Of a stretch of DNA of 64,000 bases, positions 20,337-33,589 are shown one piece after another. Source of the DNA: Octopus vulgaris (lineage: Eukaryota). The position numbers and the translations under genes were made by a program. The DNA is taken from contig OX597828.1 of NCBI GenBank assembly GCA_951406725.2, positions 1,612,001-1,676,000 on the forward strand, given 5' to 3'. The notes under the pieces are model-generated. The model was not told the DNA's origin. It did not search any database and was given only the letters and a program-made list of their open reading frames with translations. Positions within the stretch are counted from its first letter, which is position 1, and every line of letters begins with the position of its first letter.

Positions 20337-20651
20337 TGAAGCATATTACACCGGCATCTTCTTTGTGATCACAGTTGTGAGTACCAATTCCTCTATGTTT
20401 ACATTGCATGAGGTTATTTTCGGTACCATTACAAATAATATTGTCCAGCCAAATTGGACCTGCTCCCGGTCCAAAACTACCTCGGCTCAGAACCGAACCA
20501 TAGCTGTATCCAAGCCACCGACATACAACTGTAGCTGCATTTTTATGCCACATATCATCACAGATGGTACCCCATTCATTCGGTCCATTTACAAATACTT
20601 CTACGCGTCCCATATGTGGATAGTCTCCAATCAAACGAATGCGAGAAATAT
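20337..20651 (-). CDS. SRCR domain 10 (membrane-proximal, type D) exon
   Basis: aaag|AT..A|gtaagt, 315 nt; IRLIGDYPHMGRVEV..WGTICDDMW..GPIWLDNIICNGTE..HNCDHKEDAGVIC. Confidence 0.95.
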
Positions 20652-20927
20652 CTTTTAATAAAAAAAGAAAAATTTAATAAGGATGAGAATATCTTACAAA
20701 TTTAGGGGAAAAGAAAGATATATTCAGTTGAATCAATCACAAACCACTGGTACATATTAAATTAATTTCAGAAATCCTGCAGGGATTTGAGCTAAAGAAA
20801 TAGCTACTGAAAACCATTTTGTGAGAATGTCTATCATTTCTAACTCGCAAGCGTTTTAAGAACAGCAGCAATTATAGCAAGAATTTCTGACAAACATTTT
20901 GGGGAGGAGGTCAGTCGATTACACTTT

Positions 20928-20960
<33 letters not shown>

Positions 20961-20961
<1 letters not shown>

Positions 20962-21340
20962 AAGTGAATAGAAAGTGCCAGATAATTGACTTTACAGTCC
21001 CAAATGATGAGAAAGTGAATATGAAAAATATACAGAAAATAGCAAAGTACCAGGACCTAGCCATTGAGTTAGAAAGACTATGGAAAGTGCGGGTAAAATG
21101 TATCCCAGTAGTTATGGGTGCATTAGAAACTATCCCTAAAGATTTGAACAGATAGATAGAGGGAATGGGCATAAAACCCAGTTTAGTACAGCTTCAGAAA
21201 ACAGTGTTATTAAGAACAGCAAGGATACTTAGGAGGGTTCTTGGCATTTAAGGTTACTTGTAGCCTGATGTTAGGAATTTTTCTTTTCCAACAGTCTAAT
21301 TTGTTGAGTGTATATGAAATAATAATAATAATATTAATAA
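20961..21340 (+). mobile_element. R4/Dong-like non-LTR retrotransposon 3' end (restriction-like endonuclease)
   Basis: CQIIDFTVPND..KIAKYQDLAIELERLWKVRVKCIPVVMGALETIP..LQKTVLLRTARILRRVL; preceded by (GTA)n and followed by (AAT)n. Confidence 0.8.
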
Positions 21341-22164
21341 TATTTATCTTACGAACTTGTGAGGAGGGTTTAATAACAAATTCTGGGCGGCAGCATATAT
21401 TTTAATAAAATTATTTCACTATGACACAATCTCACCTAAATTTTTTAAAACCCATGTTATTGTAAAGACCAAAAGTCTATAATTTCTAGTGAACTTCACA
21501 TAAAACATCTTTACAGACCGGCAAAACAGAGTGACATTATGGATTTTAGTTCAAGATGGTGGAATTTTCTAAGGTAACTGTATATTTATTTGTCTTGTAT
21601 CATTTACTTAACTGGAGTGGATGTAACCACAGTCACCATCATTAATAGAAACAATTCAGTGGGAATTGATAGAGTAAGTGCAGCTGTATTAATGTGCTGC
21701 CTTAATGAAGAACCAACTGTAGAAAATGTTCCTGGTTGAGATATGTGTCAAAGTACAAAATACTGGGCGGAGATTAATGGTGAGCATTTTATATCCACTA
21801 TAGATATTTCATTATATACATTGCCAAGACATTTAATTCAACTAACCCTGAAGAATATATAACAGGTTTTTTTTTTATATAAATTACTAGTACACTTTAC
21901 AAAGATTTCTTGTTAGTTTTCTTTGCTGGAATCGGAGTCATACACTGTGGTTTGTGAAATAATTACACGCAATTATTTGTATTCATATGAAATGGAATAG
22001 ACTCTTGAAAGTTTATCACTTTAAAAAAAAGATGAAAATCTGTAAGGGTATTACTTCCTTTTCGACATTTCTGAATGTTTTTTCTCTGCCCTCTATCGAT
22101 TAATACTTAAGTAGTTAAAAAACGAAAACAAGACAAAACTAACGTATCAAGAATCCAAACTTAC

Positions 22165-22509
22165 CGATTGATATATTAAAACACTTGAGGTATACATCGG
22201 TTGGTCTTGAGAATTTGTTACAATAACGATTCAGGAATGTGCTACCAAATCCAGAGTTTAGACAATTTAGAAGGTTCACTTCTTGGCCGTCACAGAAAAC
22301 ACCGTTTAACCAGTGTCGCAATGGTTGCAGTGGTGTTGTAGGTTTCATATCACTTGGCCTATAACCGTCCTCAAATCCAAGTTGTCGGCAAAAAACGCGA
22401 GAATCGGAAGCGTTCCAGAATTGATTACACACTGTTCCCCATACGCCATCATATTCAATCTCCACACGTCCACTGGAGTTACTTCCACCGTTTAAGCGGT
22501 AATTAAGGC
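22165..22509 (-). CDS. SRCR domain 9 (type C) exon
   Basis: ccag|GC..G|gtaagt, 345 nt; YRLNGGSNSSGRVEIEYDGVWGTVCNQFW..VFCRQLGF..WLNGVFCDGQE..VYLKC. Confidence 0.95.
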
Positions 22510-22879
22510 CTGGAAATATTTTTATTTAACACTTATTTTAGAGAAATGAAAATGAGTTATGCAAGTACAAGGACTATTTACATCTGTACCCCAACAATAA
22601 AGCTGACTCAAGAAAAAATTTGAAATTTGAGCTGTTTTGGAAGCTGAAAATAATGCACCTAATAACACCTATAATTTAATTGTAGTTTTCTGTGGATTTT
22701 TTTATTAAAATCCTGTCACAATAAGTGAGAAATGCATAAACAAGGTGGGAAAACGGAAGGCAGGTATGCCGATTGCTTTCATCGAGGCCTAACGGCCGAA
22801 TGGTTTTAATGCCTGGTATTTCTTTAAGCGATCGTAGGGGACAAACACAGGAAAAAAGACCCGCGCACGCACACATTCA

Positions 22880-23270
22880 TGCGACGGGCTTCTTTCAGTT
22901 TTCGTCTACCAAATCTACTCCGAAGACTTTGGTCGCGCCGAGGCTATAGTTGAAGACTGTTACGCAATGTGACACGCAGTGTAATTGAACCTGGAACCAT
23001 GTGGCTGGAAAGTAAATTTCTTACCACATACCTATATATATATATATAGTGTTTCAGGAGATTCGATCAATGGAACAGCCTGCTCATGAAATTAACATAG
23101 TTCTCAGAGAGATTCAGCGTGACACAGAATGTGACAAGGCTAACCGTTTGAAATACATGCACAACTCATTTTTGCTAGGTGAGCGGACTGGAGCAACGTG
23201 AAATAAAGTGTTTCGTTCAAGGACACAACGCCTACCATAAATCGAACGTGATTGTGAACCGAATAAACCT
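22880..23270 (-). mobile_element. Degenerate SINE fragments (families 1 and 3)
   Basis: cgacgggcttctttcagttttcgtctaccaaatc; ggagcaacgtgaaataaagtg. Confidence 0.7.
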
Positions 23271-23715
23271 AACCAGTATATATATATGTATGTATCTGTG
23301 TTTGTTTTTGACCCTCCCCCCACCAACCTTTTGACAGCCGATGTTGGTTAGTTTACATCTCTGTAACGTAAATCACCAATAGATTACGTACCAGGCTTTA
23401 AAAATAAGTGTAGTGGCTAATTTGTTCGGCTAGACCCCTTTGTGATAGCAGAACATGCACAGTGAAAATACTTCTGATAAACAAACCGAACTTTTCTGCA
23501 GTTACGTGAAGATAGACCATTTTCTATTGTATCCGGTAAATATTTAGTGTTTTACTGTTTTTTTAATGAAAGAAATAAATTGTTATGAAATCAAACATTG
23601 CTTCACGTGACATGATACAAGGCTGTTTTTTGGGTAGGTATGTGTGTGTGCGCGTACGTGCGTGCGTGCGTGGAGGGGGTGACATTAATATCTTAACTGA
23701 AATATTTTACTTTAC

Positions 23716-24039
23716 CTGTTTTATTATAGCAAATTACTCCAGCATCAAAATCGTCAAAACTACATCCAATGCCGTGTCCGTACGTCGTGTGTGGACATTC
23801 ACTGATTGACTTCTCACTGCCATCACAAAGTACATGGCTCATTAGTATAGGTTTAAAGTTCTTGATGATATGTAGATAAGCAATACCTCCTTCATAGCCC
23901 ATTTCTCGACAGGCTACATCTGCATTAGTGTTTGTCCAGTTTTTATTGCAGATTCTCCCCCATATTCCATCTACTCGCACCTCCAAAATTCCATGCATAC
24001 CAGATGAAATACTGTCCCGGGAAATACGTACATCGAAGT
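23716..24039 (-). CDS. SRCR domain 8 (type B) exon
   Basis: ttcag|AC..G|gtaaag, 324 nt; GILEVRVDGIWGRICNKNW..VACREMGYEGGIAY..CDGSEKSISEC..DAGVIC. Confidence 0.95.
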
Positions 24040-25304
24040 CTGAAGATGTGAAAAATAGCGAAAGGTTTAATTAAGTAGAGAAAACTAGTGAGTAAATGGG
24101 AGTTTTTTTTTATAGAATAAACACTGTCGTCGCGAAGTCGTTTATTTTGCCAGCTAACTATGAATGTTGCTCATTGTCTTACTCTTCTCTGATCAAACCA
24201 TATTAAGTTCGATAAAATAAGTATAAAATATATATCGTCAGAATTGTTGCAATATCTCCAATAAAAATGGCCATATACCAAACAACAATAAAAAGTTATA
24301 ACTTTCAAATTTTATACCACGTTCTACATTTATTTAATTCCACATTTATCAAGAATTCAATGAGGCGTTTATATTTTATTGTTTGTATTGGAAATTTAGA
24401 CAAATATTTCTGGGTTATTCGTTCTTCTCACTTTTGCAGTATTACTAAATACGTGTAAATATGAGTTCACAACCCATTCTATATTCGTACTCTACAACTA
24501 TAAAATGATTGACAGAATATTTGTTTAAATTTATTGTGTTGTTATTTACACTGATTTCTAACCAGTTGTCTTTTATTTCAACTTTATGGAAAATTGGTTA
24601 GGATTCCTCACGGTAATTGTTTTGGCACTTTAGGTGTTCAAATCCCGCAAAGATCTACTCTTCCTTTCATTCCTTCGAGGATGATAAAAAAACGTATAAT
24701 CTAGAATAACGGATTGGCAGAATTGACTTGTGGCGTCTGTTCTGGCTGTTCTCCTTCTGACGGCAATGTCTGCGATGACATTAGTTTTAATTTCAGGCTG
24801 CACCGATGCAAGGCGGAAGCCTTTCTCCCGAATAAGCATCGATGGTGTGGAGACGAAAGACTTGCTTGTACGGGCAATATCAAGCCTTCGTCAAAAGATC
24901 TTGTCAAGGTGTTCAGATTCATGTGCGGATGCATGATTTACATGGCCCTTCAATCTTAGATAGATGTATCATTAATTTTAAAGAGTGATTCATGTTATTA
25001 GCAATCTCGCGTCTTAGTGTCAGGCAATAAACATTGCTTCATAATTAATATTTTGACATGTCGGTTGTGTGATTATAGGGATTTGGCTGTTCTCTTGAAC
25101 TAGTCAAGCGACTATGTGACTGGCCAAGTGACTCCTTTACTTATTCCACAATACTTTTTTTTATTAAAAAAAACAAAACTACGCAAAGAAAAACGTGGAG
25201 TCAATCGCATGCACCGCGGTATTTTAATATACGAAATAAAAGTTATAAATGAACATAGTGGAATGGTTGTTCATGTAAATTCATTTAACGATTATTCACA
25301 AATA

Positions 25305-25702
25305 TCCTTTTCTACTCTAGGCACAAGGCTTGAAATTTTGGGGGAGGGGTCAGTCGATTAGATTGACCCCAGTACGCAACTGGTACTTAATTTATCGACG
25401 CCGAAACGATGAAAGGCAAAGTCGACATCGGCAGAATTTGAACTCAGAACGTAAAGACACACGAAATATCTGTTTCTTTATTACCCACAAGGGGCTAAAC
25501 ATAGAGGGGACAAACAAGGATAGACAAACGGATTAAGTCGATTACATCGACCCCAGTGCGTAAGCGGTACTTAATTTATCGATCCCGAAAGGACGAAAGG
25601 CAAAGTCGACCTCAGCGAAATTTGAACTCAGAACGTAACGGCAGACGAAATACGGCTACGCATTTTGCCCGGCGTGCTAACGGTTCTGCCAGCTCGCCGC
25701 CT
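25305..25702 (-). mobile_element. Two tandem family-2 SINEs
   Basis: Minus-strand head ggcggcgagctggcagaaccgttagcacgccggg; the core gtacttaatttatcga..gaaaggcaaagtcgac..tttgaactcagaacgtaa is present twice. Confidence 0.85.
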
Positions 25703-26528
25703 TATTCTACCTTAATATTGAAATGCTAATAGGTTAATATATTGATTTAGAACGACATACAAAATACTGACAATGAGTTCAAAATTTGTAATTGGTGTAT
25801 TTTCATTGACACACAATGAAGACATTGGATCTTAAAAGGCCCAGTTTCAAAATGCATTGAATGAAGACTAATTGGCTGTTGTACGCAACAGAGACACCGT
25901 AAGATGTAGGAGTGATTTGTTCTCCGGAAGTACTGGTTTCAATTCAGCCTGCATGTAGAGTTACACGCGGTAGACTAACATTCTATCCTACGGGATAGTT
26001 GTTTATTAACTGCTGCGTCCGTACATTGTAGTAGGTCTGTATGTAAAGGGAAATAATAAAATATAGGAAATACTGACATAAACAGATTCAAAGACCTACA
26101 ATGGTATTGCGCGAGTTAATATTTAAGATACATTTTCTTCAGCACGCGCATTACAGGAAGTATCACTCTAAAGATTTGGTGGGGGTGAAACATTCGGTTG
26201 TTAATATCTTTTCCTGTTTTTTTTTTCTTTTAGTGAGGATAATATAAATTAGGTAAGAGGAATGAAACATCTACAGATTGGAGTAGAATCAATTTCCAGG
26301 CATTTCTTACACACCACGATACCTTTATAATACTTACAATTACCCAAAGTTTATTTATTTGTTCTATAGTTCTATTTTCCAAGTTCAAGAAAAGGCGTTA
26401 AAAATGCAGCGATTTTTTTCATTTTTGAATTTACACTAATATTTAGTCTAAGCCCTAACCCATACACGTTAAACCATTTTTTATCCTTGTCGGAGTGCAG
26501 TAAACTAGAAACTCTGTAGTATACTTAC

Positions 26529-26849
26529 CTGTGCTTTCAGTTTTATTGGTGCAGACGACTGATGCATACTTTCCTGATTTGCACATCTCAGGGCCACCCC
26601 ACGTGTGTTCACATGATAAAAGTGTTTTTTCAGAACCATTACAATTAACGTTACTCATATTGATTGGATAATCATTTAGTTTGCCAAATGCTGATCCAGA
26701 TATAGCCTTCCCGTAGAGTACATTTTGACTGCGGCAAACAACCTGAGCAGCAGCATCAGTAAAACTCTGATCACAAACACGAGACCACTTTCCGTTCGTT
26801 TCAACTTCAACTCCTCCACTGCTGATTTTAGGTCCTTCACTAAGTCGTA
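26529..26849 (-). CDS. SRCR domain 7 (type A) exon
   Basis: ttttag|TA..G|gtaagt, 321 nt; VRLSEGPKISSGGVEVETNGKWSRVCDQSF..VVCRS..GSAFG..NVNCNGSEKTLLSC..YASVVC. Confidence 0.95.
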
Positions 26850-28922
26850 CTAAAAGTAAAGGTTACAAAAAATATACAACTAAAAATAAACGAAGAGATG
26901 AAAATCGAATGAATGGGTTAAAATCAAATTTGAAACATATGAATACATCCTGGAAATTTTTATTTTATTGGTATGTGAACAGAAACGACAGAAATATAAC
27001 CCGGTTAGTTGAAAGTAGAAAAACGTGGAGACTAGTACTTTACAGTCTTTTCTGCATGGTCGCAGTGTTTTGCTTGTAAAGTGTTTATGGGGTCACAAAT
27101 GAAAATGAAATTTTATAAATAGAATTAAATAAAGAATTATAATGTATTGAGCATGTTGAGAATATTTTTTGTTCATGATCAACGCGAATATATTTTGCAG
27201 CCGTGAAATTAGATTTACTTGCAAAACCAAAACAAAACTTTTGATTTGATGCAGGTAGTTAAGCGTTTACAAAAATGATAACGAGTTTTGAAATAAGTTT
27301 TATATTAATGAAGAATCCATCAAAGTCTACTGAAAGTCGATATTGTTGGTTTGACCCTTTAACAAATGGCGATATATGGTTTCATTGGTCTCAGTCATTA
27401 GGTCTCAACCACAAGGGGAGCGTGGTCAGGGATTTTATTCGATTATGCCTGGTGCTAAATGATGGTAAAATCTTTAACTTTCATCTCTGTGCCTAAGTGA
27501 AAGCTGTTGAGGTGGGTCTTGGTTAAGAAGAAAAATTTGATTGATTGTGGTTGTTTGGAAATCTAACCCTTGGTATATGGAATTTTCCTGTTTTGAACAG
27601 TGAGCAACTTGCAGGATTGTCGTTGCTAAGATAGCTGTTTCTTTATGTTGCGTCAAGGTCCTTGTATTGCGCCCGTTGTTATTTTGTGGCAGCATGTTGG
27701 GAAATTTTGTGCCTGGGTTGGTGATGTACTTTAGATTCAGCATAGCTAAAAATCACTTCCTATGGTTAGAGAATGATTGGTATCAGGGGTGACTGTCGTT
27801 ATGCCAAATATGGTCATTATTATTGCTTTTGTTATTTCTAAAGGTTTTCTTGTTTCCTGACTTGCCTGAAGGAAACGAACCAGCATTGTTGTAGCAAGGG
27901 ATGGAGTTACTGCAGTAGTGGAGCTTTTGGCTATTAGAATAGAAAGTTTGGCAGGGTTGAGTTTGTTGGGTAGAGGGTATGCAGTGTATAATTTCTATGA
28001 GTGCTATGGTGTTGGTTAGTGGTGCGTTTCTTGGTTGCGCATCAAGCTCCTCTGAGGTGGCTGAAGGGACAGTCGTGTTTTAGTCATATTCTCTTCCGCA
28101 GAGAATAGCGGCTGATTTGGTGATTCCGTTTTATTCGTGTTGGTGAAAGTTGGAGCAAATGTTTATGAATGCTCCTGAGTTGACTCATTTGGGCAATGAG
28201 GTTCTGAGAATGGATAGATTGTGTTGTGGCTGCTGTATCAGTTGAATTTAGTGGGGCTCTGATGTTAGCAGACGTATTGTAGGAGGAAAATAGAGGTAAA
28301 AAGGGAGAGAGTGATTTGTTCTTGCTGAAGGAGGTGGTAATAATAGTGGCAGCAGATGACGATGGTGCGGTCAAGAATCATGACAATGATGATGGCTATA
28401 TAAGTTGGTTGTCACGGAAGTAGCAACGGTAATTGAGAAGTGGAAAGAATGTACTGTACAAAAGGATGGGCATCACGAGGTCACATAAATCAGTGCCAAA
28501 TAGATTTGTTCTGTTCGTTTTCATGTTGCTATGGAGCAGCATTAGACAAGAGAATATTGAATGGAGTTTACCACATCTTTTTTTTAATAAGGTGGAAGGC
28601 TTTTGGGATCTGCTGTAGTTTGTTTTCAAATTAGTCTGGCCTTTCGTTTATTGAAAAAATGGTACAATTTTGGCCGCAATGGCATTGAAACATGATAAGT
28701 GTGTGTGTGTCTCTCCTTTGGGAGAGGTTAAACCAAGCATTGATCCATATACTATTTCGCTCTCTGTTCAGTTATGTTAATTTCAGATGTTGTGATGAAG
28801 AATTATGAAGTAATATTCATATGGCGACTATTCTATTATCTTCCCCTGTTTCAAATCATTTTGGAGAGATAGGTACATTCTTCATCAAAAAGGATAAATG
28901 CTATACGGCTTTTGAGAACGCT

Positions 28923-28956
<34 letters not shown>

Positions 28957-29043
28957 TATAAGCAAAGTAGCTAGTTGTAAAATCTCAGTAAGAGATGAGA
29001 GTAGTAACTATACTAACAAGTAAAGTTAATCGCCACATCAGTA

Positions 29044-29435
29044 TGGCTGTACAATGAATGTTACTGCTAGTTTAACTTCAGGCAGATCTTGCTCCAGCAG
29101 CTAATAGGTGCAGCGCCTATAAGTACTCCAGCGGCTTATAGATGCAGCACTGCATCCTGTACATATATTTTGCCAGCAGGGTTCCGATGGTCCCTTTGTT
29201 TAGTGTATATGGCTTGCTGGCAAGATTGTATATTGCCCTGGCCATCTCTCTGGTGTTCCGACGGAGGATAAGCAAACTAGCTCGAAACCGAATCGGTCAA
29301 TCGATCCTGTTGTCTGCTGTTGGTAGGAGTTCGCTCCCTTGCTGGCAGTAGATATGTACAGGTGCAGTGCTGCACCTACAACCAGCTGGCGGGAGGTCTG
29401 CCTGGGGTTAAACTAGTAGTAACATTGAACAGCCA
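29044..29435. repeat. Imperfect fold-back element with a central hammerhead-like motif (29255-29301, +)
   Basis: aatgttactgctagtttaacttcaggcaga..tgcagcactgca.cctgtacatat..gccagca is mirrored at 29336-29435; centre reads guu-CCGACGGA..cuc-GAAA-CCGAaUCGG-UC-aau. Confidence 0.7.
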
Positions 29436-29504
29436 CATTTACTTATGCACACACGCACGCACACATACACACATACACACAAACATACGCATACACACAT
29501 ATAT

Positions 29505-29840
29505 ATATTCTTTTATTCTTTTCAAACAAATCGACCCCAGGACTTATTCTGTGTAAGCCTAGTACATATTTTATCGGTCTCTTTTGCCGAAAAGGCATAA
29601 ACACACCAACATCGGTTGTCAAGCGATAGTGGGGGGGGGGCACAAAGACACACACACATAAATATATATAGATATATACGACGGGCTTCTTTCAGTTTCC
29701 GTCTACCAAATCCACTCACAGAGCTTTGGTCAGCCCGAGGCTATAGCAGAAGACACTTGCCAAGGTGCCACGCAACGGGACTGAACCCGGAACCATGTGG
29801 ATGGGAAGCAAGCTTCTTACCACACAGCCACTCCTGTGCT
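29505..29840 (-). mobile_element. tRNA-derived SINE, family 1
   Basis: Reverse complement of the family-1 copies elsewhere in the window. Confidence 0.9.
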
Positions 29841-29935
29841 TATACATACATACATATGTATATATATGTTTGTGTTTGTGTATGTATGTATATATATATA
29901 TAGAGAGAGAGAGAAAGGGAGAAAGAAAGAGATAG

Positions 29936-29997
<62 letters not shown>

Positions 29998-30365
29998 AAC
30001 GAGAAAGATATGCTGTGTGGCTGAGTAAATAAAGAGTCTGATTCCCAATTGAGAAGTGCTGAGTTCGATACCTCTCCACACCATCTTTTACTATAGTTTC
30101 AGGTTAATACACAACTTGTAAATGAGAGAGAGCAGACAAAAACTTTGCTTTATCACTTCAGATGAATTCTATAGGTAATTGAAAGCTACTCTTTTGTTAT
30201 ACTTTCTATCGCAGTTATTCTGTTTGAAGATTGTGGAAGAATCATACGATAATTCAAGGACCAGCTAGTTCAGCTGATCAAACTAAATACACATTGTCGA
30301 AGCCAACTGAAGTCCGTCCCACCGTCCGTACATACATACATTCATGCGTGTATGCATGGACACAT

Positions 30366-30937
30366 ACGAGGGGGTATCCAAAAATAACCGGAAACGTTCT
30401 CTGTTGGACAAAACCGTTGTAATTGTTTTCTGCCGCTAGAAGCCACTTGACCCTCAGCCATCATTCTGCCGACTGGTGTCGTCGCGTGGAGTCGTACTTC
30501 CACGTAGTGCGTCTTTGTTTTGCAGTGCTTCCCGCACCCCCTCTGCTGGTCGATTTTTACGATGGCTGAAACATAGGAACAGCGTGCTTCCATGAAATTC
30601 TGTTTTCTGCTGGGGAAAACGGTGGCCAAAACAGCTGTTGCGCTTTAAACACTTTACAAGGACGCTGCCATGAGCAAAACGAGTAGTTTCCACGCTTTAG
30701 GTATGGTCCCTTGCCACTTGAAGACCGACATCGTTCAGGACGACCATCGACCACCCGAACAAATGAAAATTCCTGAACTGATCTTGGAGGACCATAAATG
30801 AACAATTGACGAACTTGTTGATATGACTGGTATGTCCTGGAGCTCCTTCCAACGAATTTTGAGCAAGGAATTGCGAAAGAATAGAGTTCCAGCAAAATTT
30901 GTGCCTTGCTTGCTTACGAAAGATTAAAAGCAGTCAT
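30366..30937 (+). mobile_element. mariner-type transposon 5' remnant
   Basis: TA + TIR cgagggggtatccaaaaataaccggaa; EQRASMKFCFLLGKT..EDRHRSGRPST..ILSKELRKNRVPAKFVP; frameshifted. Confidence 0.85.
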
Positions 30938-31230
30938 GATATTTGTCCTCATCTTGTTTGTTGTTAACACAACGTTTCGGCTGATATACCCCCCAGCCTT
31001 CATCAGGTGTCTTGGGGGAAATTTCGAACCTGGGTTCTCTAAGGTATTTTTCGATGTTATTAGGAATGAGAACCCAGGTTCAAAATTTCCCCAAGACACC
31101 CGATGAAGGCTGGAGGATATATCAGCCGAAACGTTGTGTTAACAACAAACAAGATGAGGACAAATATCCGTCAGATGTAAATAATGTAGATAATGTACAT
31201 AATTCCTCATCTCTTAAATATAGAACTGTA
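30938..31230. mobile_element. Penelope pLTR-like fold-back (arms 30938-31039 and 31068-31168) with two divergent hammerheads
   Basis: About 100 bp near-perfect inverted repeat; each arm reads gacac-C(U/C)GAUGA-a-ggcug..cagcc-GAAA-CG-UU-guguu. Confidence 0.85.
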
Positions 31231-31250
31231 TTATTATATATATATATTAT

Positions 31251-31650
31251 AGGCGTAGGAGTGGCTGTGTGGTAAGTAGCTTGCTTACCAACCACATGGT
31301 TCCGGGTTCAGTCCCACTGCGTGGCACCTTGGGCAAGTGTCTTCTACTATAGCCTCTGGCTGATCAAAGCCTTGTGAGTGGATTTGGTAGACGGAAACTG
31401 AAAGAAGCCCGTCGTATATATGTATATATATATATATATATGTATATGTGTGTATATGTTTGTATGTTTGTGTTTGTCCCCCCAACATCGTGATGTTGGC
31501 GTGTTTACGTCCCCGTAACTTAACGGTTCGGCAAAAAACCGATACAATAAGTACTAGGCTTACAAAGAATAAGTCTTGGGGTCGATTTGCTCGACTAAAG
31601 GCGGTGCTCGAGCATGGCCACAGTCAAATGACTGAAACAAGTAAAAGGGT
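31251..31650 (+). mobile_element. tRNA-derived SINE, family 1 (apparently full length)
   Basis: ggagtggctgtgtggtaagtagcttgc..gggttcagtccc..gaaacaagtaaaag. Confidence 0.9.
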
Positions 31651-32265
31651 ATTTAAAATTTGACTTTTAGAATGCAGGGGAGGTAACTATTTTCCCGTTT
31701 ATATAAACAAAACGAGAAACAAAATCGATTCGATACGGTCAACGAAAAAACCCCTTTAAATATATACATACACAGAGGCTCTGTGAAGCTCTAAATTCAG
31801 AGCCGGTGGTGGTCAAACTTACCGTTCTTTTATAAATTCAAGATTCCTTCAATATTGACCTAGATTTTCTGTCAACACAGAAACAGACTAATCTTTGTCT
31901 GTGACACCCTTATTCCCTCTTACTCCCCCACTTCTTTCCTCCCATACTGTCCTTTATTTGGCTTAACCTACCTCGCTATATTTCTTACTACTACTAAATT
32001 CTGTCTGCAACAGTTAGATGTGAACTGAACCAATGTGTTAACAACACCTTTCCTCATGTTTCCTGGAATTTATATCAACACATTTATAGTTGGATTTACC
32101 TTCTCTGAGAAGTTAATAATCATTAAAAAAAATTTTTTTTAAACTGTGCATTGTTGGAAAACATATAAAGTTTGCTTATTACCTTACTTCAAATTCATAG
32201 AACTCACTCTGAATACTTCATAAGGATATTTACACTCTCTAGGATGTTTGGAAAACATATATGTG

Positions 32266-32354
32266 ATTTAGCTGATGAATACTTGACATTATATTTGCTG
32301 TAATATTTGCAGCTTTAAATAAAATGTTCTTAGTATGAAAGAATTGTACTAAAT
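32266..32354 (+). ncRNA. Type I hammerhead ribozyme motif with one stem III mismatch
   Basis: auuuag-CUGAUGA-auacu..aguau-GAAA-gaauuG-UA-cuaaau; 6 bp stem I. Confidence 0.7.
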
Positions 32355-32483
32355 TAGTGATCCATTCTTGTTACTGTTTTCTTGGTTATAATCAACCCAC
32401 ATATTTTTATGGTTAATACCATAAAGAATTCTGGTGCATCTAAGTTAAGTACCATATTCATTTGAATCTTAATTATTTTGCTG

Positions 32484-32562
<79 letters not shown>

Positions 32563-32851
32563 TATATGTATATATCAATGCAAACAATATATACATACAC
32601 ATAATATACATACACATATACGCATACATATATACTTATATATGCATTTATATATTTTAACTGAGATAAATACGCTATATCCTCATATATAGTACATTAT
32701 TCATTCACTGACATACTCTCTATCTTCTTTTATATACATATTATGACCACCTATGTGGGTGCATTATTATATATACCCATATATATATATATATATGAAT
32801 ATATATATATATATATATACATATAATTCACATATACATACATATACATAC

Positions 32852-32890
<39 letters not shown>

Positions 32891-33315
32891 CACGCACGAG
32901 GATAAATATATATATACACCCATGCAGATATACATATGCACACCCTTATATTCATATATACATACATACATATATACTGATATATATGTATATATTCACA
33001 TATACATCCACACACGCATATATAGTATTACGTACATACGCACGGTCTTATAAATACGCATACTCATACACAGCTATACATCCACACAGCTACCCATAGT
33101 TATCTACATAAACACACACACACATATATATGCACATACCCCATACAGCTACACGGATATACAAAGATACACTCGCTTATATGTATCTAGATATATATCC
33201 ATTCAGATATATACACCGTCATATCAACACAAAACCTTTCACATATATTTATGCATGTATACCTCTTCCCATATATAAATAAACATGTAAGTAAATAGCT
33301 ATACACATATTCATG

Positions 33316-33368
<53 letters not shown>

Positions 33369-33589
33369 TTAAAAAAATGCTATATGTATAGGGACCTAGA
33401 TATATCATCATTAAGTTCTTATTTGTATACTCACATCTTTAGAATGGGGAAATATTAATTAAATTCTATTTACAATTTTAATCATAATTATAAGAGTTGT
33501 TAATCTACTTTACAATAGTTAAATATATCTATTATGAGATATCAAAATGACAGTCTGTTAATTATAGCTATAATAAAAATCATTTATAT

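Noticed and set aside
27400-28400. Possible degenerate LINE ORF on the minus strand
   Set aside because: Composition is suggestive but no diagnostic motif could be read.
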